From: Octopus vulgaris | Lineage: Eukaryota | DNA: 64,000 nucleotides | Assembly: GCA_951406725.2 (NCBI GenBank) | Contig: OX597819.1 | Coordinates: 20,088,001-20,152,000 of the forward strand | Reading direction: 5' to 3' | Shown: positions 39,075 to 50,965 of the stretch, piece by piece | Numbering within the stretch: the first letter of the stretch is position 1 | Layout of the letters: each line of letters starts with the position of its first letter | Position numbers and translations under genes: made by a program | The notes under the pieces: model-generated | Databases searched by the model: none | Seen by the model: only the letters and a program-made list of their open reading frames with translations | What the model was told of the DNA's origin: nothing

Positions 39075-39226
39075 AGCCAACAACTGATGAAGGGTCGTTG
39101 TTTATGTTTGTTTTGGTTTCCATTTGTGTATTTCGTTGTTCGAAAGAATAGTTCAGTTTCCATGTAATTGTGCTTCGTACTTTTTTGTTGTACACGTTTT
39201 CCTGACGTCCTGAGCCCACAAATGCA

Positions 39227-39235
<9 letters not shown>
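39075..39235 (+). mobile_element. 5'-truncated relative of family J between (TA)n tracts
   Basis: ctgatgaaggg...acgtttt..gacgtcctg..cccac.aatgcatatatg resembles the family J 3' half. Confidence 0.45.
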
Positions 39236-39281
<46 letters not shown>

Positions 39282-39431
39282 TATATTATATATATGCGTA
39301 CATACTACTCGCTCATGCCCGGTGTAGACAGGTGTACGCATATACATTCCTGATGTTGTGATCATCCTAATATAACTCGTCGCAATCATAACAACAACAA
39401 CGACAGCAACAATGATAAGCATAATAATCCT

Positions 39432-39808
39432 TTCTACTATAAGCACGAGGCCTGAGATTTTGATGGAGAGGACTAGTAGGTAAAATCGACCCCACCGTTT
39501 CACTGGTCCTCAACTTGTCGACCCCGAAATGACGAAAGGCAAGTCGACCATGGCGGAATTTGAAGTCAGAGACGGACAAAATATCGCTGAGCATTTTCGT
39601 TTAGTTTTCTTATTTCTTTATTGCCTACAAGGGACTAAACATAGAGGGGACAAACGAGGACAGACAAACGGATTAAGTCGATTACATCGGCCCCAGTACG
39701 TAAATGGTACTTAATTTATCGACCCCGAAGTGATGAAAGGCAAAGTGAACGTAACGGCAGACGAAATACTGCTATGCATTTCGCCCGGCGTGCTAACGTT
39801 TCTGCCAG
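39432..39808 (-). mobile_element. Two adjacent SINE family C copies (alternative-tail and standard-tail)
   Basis: Cores at ~39500-39570 and ~39680-39750; the second has an internal deletion. Confidence 0.82.
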
Positions 39809-40186
39809 CAGATAATAACAATAGTTGAAAATGAAAACAAAAAAAAAAATGTTAAAATTTAAAAAAAAGTATCCCTGTGTATAGAGACGTAAAATGAAAG
39901 TGAATATTGACTTTCACCAATACCCAATATCTCATTTGAATTAGGGTGACGCACAACAACACCTGTCTTATAACTCAGGTGTTGTTGTCTTTATAAGACT
40001 GTTGTGTGAACACCCCCAGACGATGTAGTAGACCAGTCCAATGCGTAGATATAGAGGGAGAAGTCTAGACGTCAGAGAAGAGTAGAGTAGTTGAGAGAAA
40101 TTGAATAGAAGGCATCCGAACATGGGTCGTAACAGTGGTGACGAGGATTTCGTAGCTCACACAGCCACTGTGTAGTATTGCGACAT

Positions 40187-40571
40187 ATGGAAGCACTCCG
40201 CCGGTTACGACGACGAGGGTTCCGGTTGATCCGATCAACGGAACAGCCTGCTCGTGAAATTAACGTGTAAGTGGCTGAGCACTCCACAGACACGTGTACC
40301 CTTAACGTAGTTCTCGGGGATATTCAGCGTGACACAGAGAGTGACAAGGCCGGCCCTTTGAAATACAGGTACAACAGAAACAGGAAGTAAGAGTGAGAGA
40401 AAGTTGTGGTGAAAGAGTACAGCAGGGATCACCACCATCCCCTGCCGGAGCCTCGTGGAGCCTTTTAGGTGTTTTCGCTCAATAAACACTCACAACGCCC
40501 GGTCTGGGAATCGAAACCACGATCCTATGACAGTGAGTCCGCTGCCCTAACCACTGGGCCATTGCGCCTCC
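40187..40571 (-). mobile_element. SINE family A, full length, TSD tattgcgacat
   Basis: TSD at 40176-40186 and 40572-40582. Confidence 0.93.
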
Positions 40572-40774
40572 TATTGCGACATTACGAAGACGCTGACAAA
40601 GAAACATAAATTATTAGTTCACAAAATTAAGTGCAACAACCACATGCAAATTCCATCCAGATTTTTTTTCTCATTGATATCATTTCTTATGGTTTAAATC
40701 GATCCTTTAACTTTTATGAGGAATTGTAAATAATGTTAATATATCTATTAATTTAAACATCAAGACATGTAAAA

Positions 40775-41626
40775 TGCAAACGAGTCTATGTGATAAGAAT
40801 CTTGCTTTCCAACCAAATGGATCCGGGTTCCGTCCCACTGTGTGTCACCTTGAGCAAGTTTCTTGGATCTTTTCGCTTTGAACGGCTGTTTTTTTTTATA
40901 GTGGTGTCATATGAAATTGTCACCCATAATTATGACCCTAGTATCGATCTATTGCATTTCAATCTGTTTTAGGGATAGGGTTAGCAGTGGGGGGGAAGGG
41001 TATCTTTTTTTCTTCAGAAATGTAAATAAACCCAATCTGTTTCTTAAACGAGGGACATATTCATACGGCACAGAATGTTTTTACCTCAATAGACGTCAGT
41101 GATTGGTTGAAATTGCAGAAATTGAAGAAAAAAACAAAAAATATCTTACAAACTATAGAATTTTCTCAATAAAGCTAAGAGAAAAATATGTTTTATAAAC
41201 ACATTCTACCAGTATACGAAGTTTAAACTTTTTTAGTTACCTAGAAATTACGTTAAAAACTGCCGTTCAAACCGAAAAAAATCCAGTTTCTTCTATTATA
41301 CCTTCAGGCCGACAGAAGCCTTGTGAGTGGATTTAGTAGACGGAAACTGAAAGAAGCCCGTCGTATACAAACATACATATAAGTGTGTGTGTGCTTGTGC
41401 GTGTGTGTGTTGGTATGAATGTATTTGGGTCAGTGTGTCTTTGTCCCCCACCGCCGCTGCTGGTACAGTTACTTCCCCGTAACATAACGGACATATAAAT
41501 AATTACTGGGCTTTTAAGAAAAACATTGTGTTGATTTATTCGATTAAAACACTTCAAAGTGGTGCCACAGCATGGCCGCAGTCAATTGAATGAAACAAGT
41601 GAAAAAATAAGCAAAAGGAGTAAAGA
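40775..41626 (+). mobile_element. SINE family B interrupted by a MITE
   Basis: The head runs to caccttgagcaagtttctt and resumes at 41285 with agtttcttctattatacc...gacggaaactgaaagaagcccg. Confidence 0.85.
40865..41284. mobile_element. Merlin-like non-autonomous DNA transposon (MITE)
   Basis: ~30-bp TIRs ggatcttttcgctttgaacggctgttttt / aaaaactgccgttcaaaccgaaaaaaatcc, and an 8-bp TSD agtttctt (40857-40864, 41285-41292). GG termini with an 8-bp TSD fit Merlin. Confidence 0.75.
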
Positions 41627-41738
41627 ATATTTGATTTGATATATCTTTATTTTCTTGTTGTTGTTCATGCACGTTCCGTTGCTCATTCGGACTTGTATAA
41701 TTTTCTTTTCCTTTAAAATATTTCCCTTTAATCTACAT

Positions 41739-42140
41739 CAAGAGTTCTCAACGGGTTTCATATGGCCCCAAGGAGCGGGGGGCTATTTGGAGCTTGAGGA
41801 TGACGTTTTGGAGTGAAGGGACACTCTTGTACCAAAGAGCACTGCTTCGATAGACAACGTGTTGATCTCATAAGTATCGAATGGTGGAAATCAAAGCAAT
41901 TACCAAACTTTCAATCTATTATTTAATTTTTTTTTTTTTATTGCTTTTCAATTTGTACATCTCTACTCCCGACTGCGTACAAGCGTATATGTAAAACAAC
42001 GTCCTTTATTTCTTAATCATTATCTGCTGATATAAAAAATAAGTAGTATATTGAAATATAAAAATATTTTCTAGGGAAAATTTTTAATATTTTCAAGTGT
42101 CAAAAGAGGGCCTTTGACCAAAATGGGTTCGGAAACATTG
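41739..42140. mobile_element. hAT (Charlie/MER5-like) MITE, degenerate
   Basis: Ends caagagttctcaac / gttcggaaacattg, with an imperfect 8-bp TSD atctacat / ccctacat. Confidence 0.5.
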
Positions 42141-42186
42141 CCCTACATCATTTTCTTTTCCTTTATATAAATTGCTTACACCATAA

Positions 42187-42476
42187 ATGAATTTCTCAGT
42201 TGAAAGTCAAAATACATGGCGGTGTAGAATTCGTGGATGCAGCCAAGAACATGGAGTAAGGGCAGATAACCAAAAAGTACCACTTCCTCTTCTCTAAGGA
42301 TTTCCAACTGCGTTTCGTGGTTTACTACCTCAACAGCTCCTTTCTAGGACCCAGTGGCTAAAGACATCATCAGGTGGAACCACATCTTGCCTCGGCTCCT
42401 ACTCCTCTACCGTTTTCGACGAGGCGTCCCACCTCCCTACCGGAGGTGTCTTTAGCTCTAGCGTTTCTTCTGTCTC
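42187..42476. repeat. Local ~285-bp duplication, copy 1
   Basis: Near-identical to 44294-44573 apart from short indels. Confidence 0.92.
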
Positions 42477-43224
42477 CTTCGCTTATTAACATATTTGAGA
42501 ATATATTAAAGTGTCCCGTATGCTAGATAAAAATATTTTAACGAATAAAATTGTTTTGTTTGCTTGCTTTCTTTTTAGTTATTTCGTGAAAATAGTTCTG
42601 ATTAGAATTCTAATTAGTGACCTGCCTGATAAGTAGGGAGTCTGTCAAAGGAGACGGGACAGTAGATAAAAGATCAAATGACGGATGCAGTCATGCGTGA
42701 AGTCAGATGTTCACTCCCAGCTGATTTCGGCCACTGCATTTGCCAGCAGGATGAGTCAGCAACACAAATGACCTAAAGTTCTACTAAAGTCATTTCATGC
42801 TTGGGACACTGACATTCATTTCCTCATCCTGTCTCTCTCTCTTCTTCTCTGTGTATATATCTTTCTAATCTACACATAACCATAGAGCCTCTCCAGCCAA
42901 TTTACTTGCACGAAAAGAACTAGCTGCCATTACATTGTCAGCTCACATTGAAACATGATGAATCGAAAACAACATAGACATTTGTTATTCTTACACGTTT
43001 CCATCCAGTTCTCAATATCAAAGTGGTTACCACTTTATCTTCATGGCAGATACGTATGTGTGCGCGCGCGAGTGGTTGTATAAATGTGTTTACATATTTG
43101 ATATTTGCCTAAAAATTACTCTGGTATTTCACGTTTAATGTCGTCGTGACATTCCTAATAAACTGTTTCTAATTTTGAAACCTATTCTTAAAATTCATGA
43201 TATTTCATTTCTATATTTGTTTAA

Positions 43225-43385
43225 AAGAGAACTGACAGGAGACGAGGGAATTTGCCCATTATATCGCCCTAATTACGTGGCTGGTGCATCAGTTTATCGA
43301 TCTTGGAAGGATGAAAAGCAAAGTTGTCTTAGTTGGAATTTGCCTCCAGAACTTAAAGAGCCGGAATAAATCTCTGTTAACTCGA
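43225..43385 (-). mobile_element. Degenerate SINE family C fragment
   Basis: tttatcga....gaaggatgaaaagcaaagttg....ggaatttg. Confidence 0.5.
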
Positions 43386-44293
43386 CGAGATGACACTTTA
43401 ATAATCTCAATATTTTACTTGAAATAGTTCGTTTTTTTTTATGCTAAGGTTTTCTAATACTTCATTCTATATTACTTTACAAAAACAATTTCTTTATCGT
43501 TAAAAATTTATTGGTAATCTTTTTGTCTTGCCCTTCATAATTATTCTTAAGCAAGAATTAAATATGTTTCCTCTGTGCACCATAAAATGTTAATATACCA
43601 GTTTGAATTTGTCACGGTTTAATCAATTTAACCGGAAAATAGTTTTGAGAAATTACCATGTTCATCGTATTTTTAAAAAAATCATGAGTTTGTTGGAAAA
43701 ATATCATGTGGTACTTATTCCTTCTTTTTAGGTTCTCACCTCAAGTCATGCTCAGGTGCCAACCATAACGACAATTTCCCTTCTTTTAAAAGTGGTGGCT
43801 TTTTGCTTAAATCAGAAGCCATTTATATTTCCTCCTCGGTACTTTCTGCTTATCTCATCCCCATTAAATAAATTGCCAATGAAAATGGGGTTATCTCCCA
43901 TATATATAAACAATCACTTTTTTCAAGTGAGCTTAATATATGTCTTATCTTATTAATTTGTCTTGAGGTTAATTCAACTTTAGTACATTTTAGGAACTAA
44001 TGTAAATACTATCTTCAGAATATAAAAATAAACATCGCAATTTTAAAGAATTGTTGTAGAGGTAAATCTTAAATATTCTCTTACTGAGAAAGCTCTTTCG
44101 AAGATAGTTCAGTCAGGAAGAGTCCATTTGCAAACAAACATACACGCTCACTCACACACACACACGCTCGCGCGCGCACGCAAATATTTGTTTTATGCGG
44201 CCCAGAGGCCAGACGAGGGTAAATACGCGAGTGTACCCGAAATAAATTTGAGGAATTCTTCACCGAGAAAGAATATGCAACAACGGTCATTTT

Positions 44294-44830
44294 ATGAATA
44301 TCTCAGCTGAAAGTCAAAATACATGGCGGTGTAGAATTCGTGGATGCAGCCAAGAACATGGAGTAAAGGCAGATAACCAAAAAGTACCACTTCCTTTTCT
44401 CTAAGGAATTCCAACTGCGTTTCGTGGTTCTGTACCTCAACAGCTCCTTTATAGGACCCAGTGGCTAAAGACATCCAGCTTCGGCCCCTACTCTTCTACC
44501 GTTTTCGACGAGGCGTCCCACCTCCCTTCCGGAGGTGTTTCAGCTCTAGTGTTGAGTGCAATTCTTCTGTCTCTATTTCTCTTTTGTTCTCTGTTTTCTT
44601 CGATCCAGCGTCAACGAATATCAGCGGACGACTGACCATCCTGCTAAATTTTCCTTTAAATATTCGCCAGGAAGCTCCAGCAGCCAGCACCAGCTAATTG
44701 TCACATGACACTGTCTAAGCTTTAACTGACCCATGGAGGGGAAGGGCGCGTAACCTTAGCCTGCGACCTCTCAAAGCCTGCCTTCCAACAGCGTCGTGTT
44801 AGTTTCAGTTCCAGGAACCAGACCTGAGCT
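44294..44830 (-). mobile_element. Duplication copy 2, within a possible decayed L1/Tx1-like ORF1-ORF2 junction
   Basis: The duplication is seen directly. Minus-strand LLEGR...SMGQLKLRQC (knuckle-like) followed by MSLATGSYKG...QLEFLREKEVVLF (APE N-terminus-like) is only suggestive. Confidence 0.35.
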
Positions 44831-46304
44831 TATAGTTTTATACACGAATTTGCATTACCTCATTCATTTACTTTCTCCTTCCCTTCGGCATTCATTCTTA
44901 CTCAAGATTTCACTTCAGCAAAATCATTCTGTGTCTTCGATTTTCACAATTTTTTCTCCTTAACACTGCAATTGATTTCTTCTAAGAAAAGCACAAATAT
45001 TTCAGTATCTGTTGTAATATACTTCATTTTATCTGGAGATTTATTTACGCAAAATATATGAGTGCGTTTGTGTGCGTGTGTGTGTATGCGTATGTGTGTA
45101 CGTCTGCGTATATGTAAGTGTGCGTGAGTATGTTTGTACGCTTGCATATGCGTGAGGGTACGTGTGTCTGTGACTATGTTTGTACGTCTGCTTATGTATG
45201 AGTGTGCGCGTGTGAGTTTTTTGAGTAAATATATACATATGTTAAGATTTATGATTATCGTTTCTAAATTGAAAATCAAAGTTATTCAATGTTCCATGAA
45301 ACAAATATTATGAAATAACCCAGCTCTTTCGGTATGAGTATAATTTCTAATTTATTCATTTCACAATTGATGTATGTAATTACAGTCCGTACTCACATTA
45401 CATTATAGGAAATGTCACTTGTTCAGTTTTGGGCTCCGAATATGATTCTCAAGTCCGAAAATATGTATTCTTTGTAAAATGATTTTGCCTTATGTCTGTT
45501 GCAAACGCGATGGGGAGATATGTATGAGATGGAGAAATACCTACACGCTTGTGTCTCAAAAGATTTTCGACAACTCAATGAAAATTCTTACGTTCCTTGT
45601 AGGCTCAACAGTTATCACACACCAATATATACAGTGAAGCACAAACAGACACGCACGCTCACTCATATTCACACACACACACACATACATACACACACAT
45701 TATTACATATACAAGTGCACACAATGGAAACCTACAAATTCATACATATACCTTTATGCATGAACAATATTACGAGAAATGTTGATGTCAAATATTCGGT
45801 TCTATATAAAAATACATGCATACACACGCTGGTGGGCGCACGCACATATGTGTACATGCGTATGTGCGTATGAATATATCCATAAATGTATGTGTGTTTT
45901 TGCATGTGTATATATGTATATATATTAACGTATTATATACGAGTAAGGAAATACGCACACATACAAAGTGAAATATGTGTTTATGCGTTCCTATATCTAT
46001 GTACATATACACATATGTATGAATGTATGTATCTATCTATTTATCTGTATATCTATCTATCCATCTATCTATCTATCTATCTCTATATATATAATGCATT
46101 ATACAAGGAAACAAATATAACGCGACATTATGAAAGAGCCTTAATGAATATTGAAGCAAAACTTGTCATATATGTGTATAGAAATAGGAAAAAAATGAAA
46201 CGGTGTCTTTCTTTTTCCCATTCTTAAAATAACATCGAACAAAATATATCGCCTCCAGCAATACTTCAGGAGAAAGAGTAGATAAAATAGAATAATGCAT
46301 GTCG

Positions 46305-46384
<80 letters not shown>

Positions 46385-46483
46385 GTATAGAAAGATAGAT
46401 AGACAGATAGATAGAAATACATATACATATATTTTCATATACAGAATTATACATATACATGTATGTGTGTAAATAAAGATATG

Positions 46484-46560
<77 letters not shown>

Positions 46561-46631
46561 ATACATGTGTGTGTATGAGTGTGTGCTTGTATGCAAGCAC
46601 TTTATACATACATACATACATACTTATATAT

Positions 46632-46713
<82 letters not shown>

Positions 46714-46759
46714 TAAGCTTTTGTTACCGTTGTTATCGTCATCATCATCACCATCGTGT

Positions 46760-46792
46760 ATATTATTATTATCATTATCGCTATTATTATTA

Positions 46793-46885
<93 letters not shown>

Positions 46886-46887
46886 CA

Positions 46888-46927
<40 letters not shown>

Positions 46928-47045
46928 CATTATTATTATTATTGTTATTATTATTATTATCATAATTATTATTATTATTATTATTATTATTATCATTATT
47001 ATTATTATTATTATTATTATCATTATTATTATTATTATTATTATC

Positions 47046-47126
<81 letters not shown>

Positions 47127-47160
47127 ATTATTATTATTATTATTATTATTATCATCATTG
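46760..47160. repeat. ~400-bp (TTA)n microsatellite
   Basis: Seen directly in the sequence. Confidence 0.97.
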
Positions 47161-48364
47161 CAACATTGCATGATGAAAGAATGTGGAATAATATTGAATT
47201 CAATGGCTTGAAATGAAGACACTGAAGAAGCGGTAGGTTGAAAGACGGAATACTCATATTATTGTTCCACAAAGGATATACTGTAGTGGGAATTTATTGC
47301 GTCAATAGATGGCAAGGTGATAACTATGGAGTCAGATCAATAGACGTACCGGTATGGTAGTTGATTTGGCTTGTTTAAAGACTTTTCTTTCATTTTACAT
47401 TAAGTTTTTAACCTTCGTTTTATTTTCACTTTACCTTTTGTTGTTTCTGCAATTTTATTTTATTTTCGATCGATAATTTTATTCCACGTGCAATTTTCTT
47501 TTAGCTTTTATTATTAATTTTATCATTTTCTGTTGTTGCTAGTTGTTGTTTTTTTTTTTTTTGTGGAAATCACATTTGAATTATATCAGCGTTACTATCA
47601 TTGACACGTACGAATATATAGACATATATTCATAGCCTTTTTGTCTGTTTCTTACAAATACACACACACACACACATGCACGTAGTCACACAAACACATA
47701 ATCGCATAGTTTCATAACACTACCATAATATATGGAGATTCTGCGCTCAGTTTTACGAGTGCGTTTACTTTTTATAACGCATTCAGCTATTCTATAATTG
47801 GGTGCATTTTCATTTTTTTATGTCGTATACTCGGTTCGGCTTGTTTATTTTACGGTACGATGTATCTGATATTTACAAGTATCCTCGCATTTGTTTAATT
47901 ATTTTGCTTTCATTTTGTAAATCATCTTGTGTGGAAGGAAATTTAAAATTTTCTTCCAAAAATAGATTGATTTACGAATAGATTAAACCCGTGTGAACGC
48001 TCACTTCCTGCTCTCCCTTATAGGTGTTTGATGTTGCGCTTAATGTAAGCAGTTGCGTTTCATCAATTTCTTGTTGCTCTCATGCTTATATTTGAAACAT
48101 GGAGTGATTGTGTTATCTAAATTAATACTTAAAATGCGTTGCTCGTTGAACTTGATTATATCAAACCACAAACTGACGCATAAGGACATACATATTAGAA
48201 ATAAAATGAACGCTCGTTTTCACTGCATTCTTGCCAATCTTTCCACGATCCTTTAAGCCAGAATACATAACTCAGCTACCAAGTCTCATACACTCATTGA
48301 AGTGTACAATCATCACTGTTACATATCTCGTGACATAAACCATTTCATCTTACTTTCTCGCGTG

Positions 48365-48757
48365 TGGAGGCGCAATGGCCCAGTGGTTAGGGCAGCGGAC
48401 TCGCGGTCATAGGATCGCGGTTTCGATTCCCAGACCGGGCGTTGTGAGTGTTTATTGAGCGAAAACACCTAAAAGCTCCACGAGGCTCCGGCAGGGGATG
48501 GTGGTGATCCCTGCTGTACTCTTTCACCACAACTTTCTCTCACTCTTACTTCCTGTTTCTATTGTACCTGTACTTCAAAGGGCCGGCCTTGTCACTCTCT
48601 GTGTCACGCTGAATATCCCCGATAACTGCGTTAAAGGTACATGTGTCTGTGGAGTGCTCAGCCACTTACACGTTAATTTCACGGGCAGGCTGTTCCGTTC
48701 ATTCAGATCAACCGGAACCCTCGTCGTCGTAACCGACGGAGTGCTTCCATCCATTCC
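48365..48757 (+). mobile_element. SINE family A, full length, TSD actttctcgcgt
   Basis: Box A TGGCCCAGTGG and box B GGTTTCGATTCC; TSD at 48352-48363 and 48758-48769; (CCAT)n tail. Confidence 0.94.
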
Positions 48758-49051
48758 ACTTTCTCGCGTATGACCATGTATTTTGTACCAAGGAATCATT
48801 TCTCGACATTTCATTACGTATCACACAGAATACGATTTGAGAAACGTTATTGGATTACGTAATCGTCTTATAATATACTTTTTCTTTACACGTGAGTTTT
48901 ACTACTTACAGTTTACAAAAAGTTAACATAAAAATAATCTGATGGTAATTATTTAAGAACAAATGCTTATTGTTGTATGTATATTAGAGATGGCGGACTA
49001 ACAAATTAAATTCGTCAATAACGACTATATCAGTAAACATTTTCTCACAAT

Positions 49052-49460
49052 GTGCAGGAGTGGCTGTGTGGTAAGTAGCTTGCTTGCCAACCACATCGTT
49101 CTGGGTTCAGTCCTACTACGTGGCCACTTGGGCAAGTGTCTTCTACTATAGCTTCGGGCCGACCAAAGCCTTGTAAGTGGATTTGGTAGTCGGAAACTGA
49201 AAGAAGCCCGTCGTATATACGTATATGTATGTATATGTGTGTGTGTGTGTGTTTGTGTGTCTGTGTTTCCCCCCCCCTCCCAACATCGCTTAACAACCGA
49301 TTCTGGTTTGTTTAAGTCCCCGTAACTTAGCGGTTCGGCAAAAGAGACCTATACAATAAGAACTAGGCTTACTAAGAATAAGTCCTGGGGTCGATTTGCT
49401 CGACTAAAGGCGGTGCTCCAGCAAAAGTGAAAGAGTAAAAGAGTAAAGGGTAAAGAGAGT
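49052..49460 (+). mobile_element. SINE family B, full length
   Basis: Matches 13233-13670, with a short deletion before the tail. Confidence 0.9.
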
Positions 49461-49899
49461 TATCCTTATTCTCCACAAAACGAAAATACCTTCCTGTCAG
49501 ATATGGAACCCCTAGAAAAACAAAGATCTTCTTTCTCAAATTACATGGCAGGCTCCTTGCATGAATGATGCAATTTCATAATACAGGTGTAATTCTTTTA
49601 CTGCTGTATGAGACACGGATGGACTCAAACTTCTAATGAGAAACGGCATTGTCAAAAGCCTGCGCGTTCACGAATATTTGGAAGTGTTAGTGATTCTAAG
49701 AACTATATTCTTCTACGCTAATGGAAAAGAACTAGTCAGAAAACAGTATAACCCTTAACAAGTTATAAAGTCTAAAGACGAAATAAAAAGCAAAAAACAG
49801 ACATAAACAACGATTAATCTTGCGAACAACTGCTTTTTCAGATGCAGCTTCACATAAGCACCTATTTATATATTTATCAGTCTTTAAGTCTATATTTAA

Positions 49900-50130
49900 G
49901 GCGACGAGCTGGCAGGAACGTTAGCACGCTGGGCGAAATGAGTAGCTGTATTTCGTCTGCCTTTACGTTCTGAGTTCAAATTCCGCCGAGGTCGACTTTG
50001 CCTTTCATCCTTTCGGGGTCGATAAATTAATTACCAGTTACACACTGGTGTCGACGTAATCAACTTAATCCGTTTGTCTGTCCTTGTTTGTCCCCTCTGT
50101 GTTTAGCCTCTTGTGGGTAGTAAAGAAATA
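49900..50130 (+). mobile_element. SINE family C, single core
   Basis: Matches 36741-36964. Confidence 0.9.
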
Positions 50131-50419
50131 TATTTATCAGTCTGTCTGTTGTCATCTGTCCGACTGCCTATCAGCCTGGCTACCTCTCTATGTGTTTGCC
50201 TCTCTGTCTGTTTCTACAGATATCTCTATATCTCTATATCTCTACCATTCTCCCTATTTACCTATGCCTATCAGCCTCTTTCTCTCACTTTGTTTTTGAC
50301 TGACACATACACATAAAGAGAAAGATGTTTGTTTACATCTCTTACTAAATTGAGTTTTACATTTAACTAGATAAAACAATAAAAGATCCTGACTCTGCTT
50401 TTGCGTACGAGATATTCTA

Positions 50420-50965
50420 TTGGGTTGTCCGGATAGTACGTGCTGATTTATTGTAGCTTATCTATCGACTTCTTTTAGAACATGTTTGAGTCCATAAAAT
50501 AGGATTTTACTACACATCCATTTAGAGCACAGTTTAAGCTATCTTTTCGTTGAAGAATGTTTATGTTCCTATAACCTGTGTTAATTTTGTAACCCTTTAG
50601 ATAAGAAAGTTCATTTTAGGTACTTGATGCTTTGGGAACCAGAGAAAAATTGCTGCAACTCGGCTGGAATGTGTTAACCTACCCTCCATATTCACCAGAT
50701 ATTGCTCCTTCGGATTTCTACTAATTCAGGTCTCTGCAGAATAGTCTTAATGGTAAACATTTCAATTCCTTGGATGGCGTAAAAAGAATCCTTGAAGAAT
50801 TATTTGCTATGAAACCAACTCAATTCTGGGAAGAGGGTATTTTCAAGTTAAAGGAAAGATGGAGACGCATCGTGCAACAAAAGCGTTCAAATTTGGTTGA
50901 TTAAAAGTATTTATTGCCCTTTGACTTTCCTTTAAAAATCGGCACGAACTTTCCGGACAACCCAA
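50420..50965 (+). mobile_element. Non-autonomous mariner element, internally deleted
   Basis: TIRs ttgggttgtccgga.agt.cgtgc.gattt / aaatcggcacgaactttccggacaacccaa with a TA TSD. Transposase N-terminus DKKVHFRYLMLW is fused to C-terminus REKLLQLGWNVLTYPPYSPDIAPSDFY*FRSLQNSLNGKHF...GIFKLKERWRRIV (YSPDLAP.D motif). Confidence 0.93.

Noticed and set aside
47219-47258. CTGAAGA-agc..gtt-GAAAG..CTC motif
   Set aside because: Stem I does not form; single occurrence, likely chance.
48365-48440. tRNA gene
   Set aside because: Boxes A and B belong to a SINE head that continues into the SINE body with TSDs; it is not a standalone tRNA.
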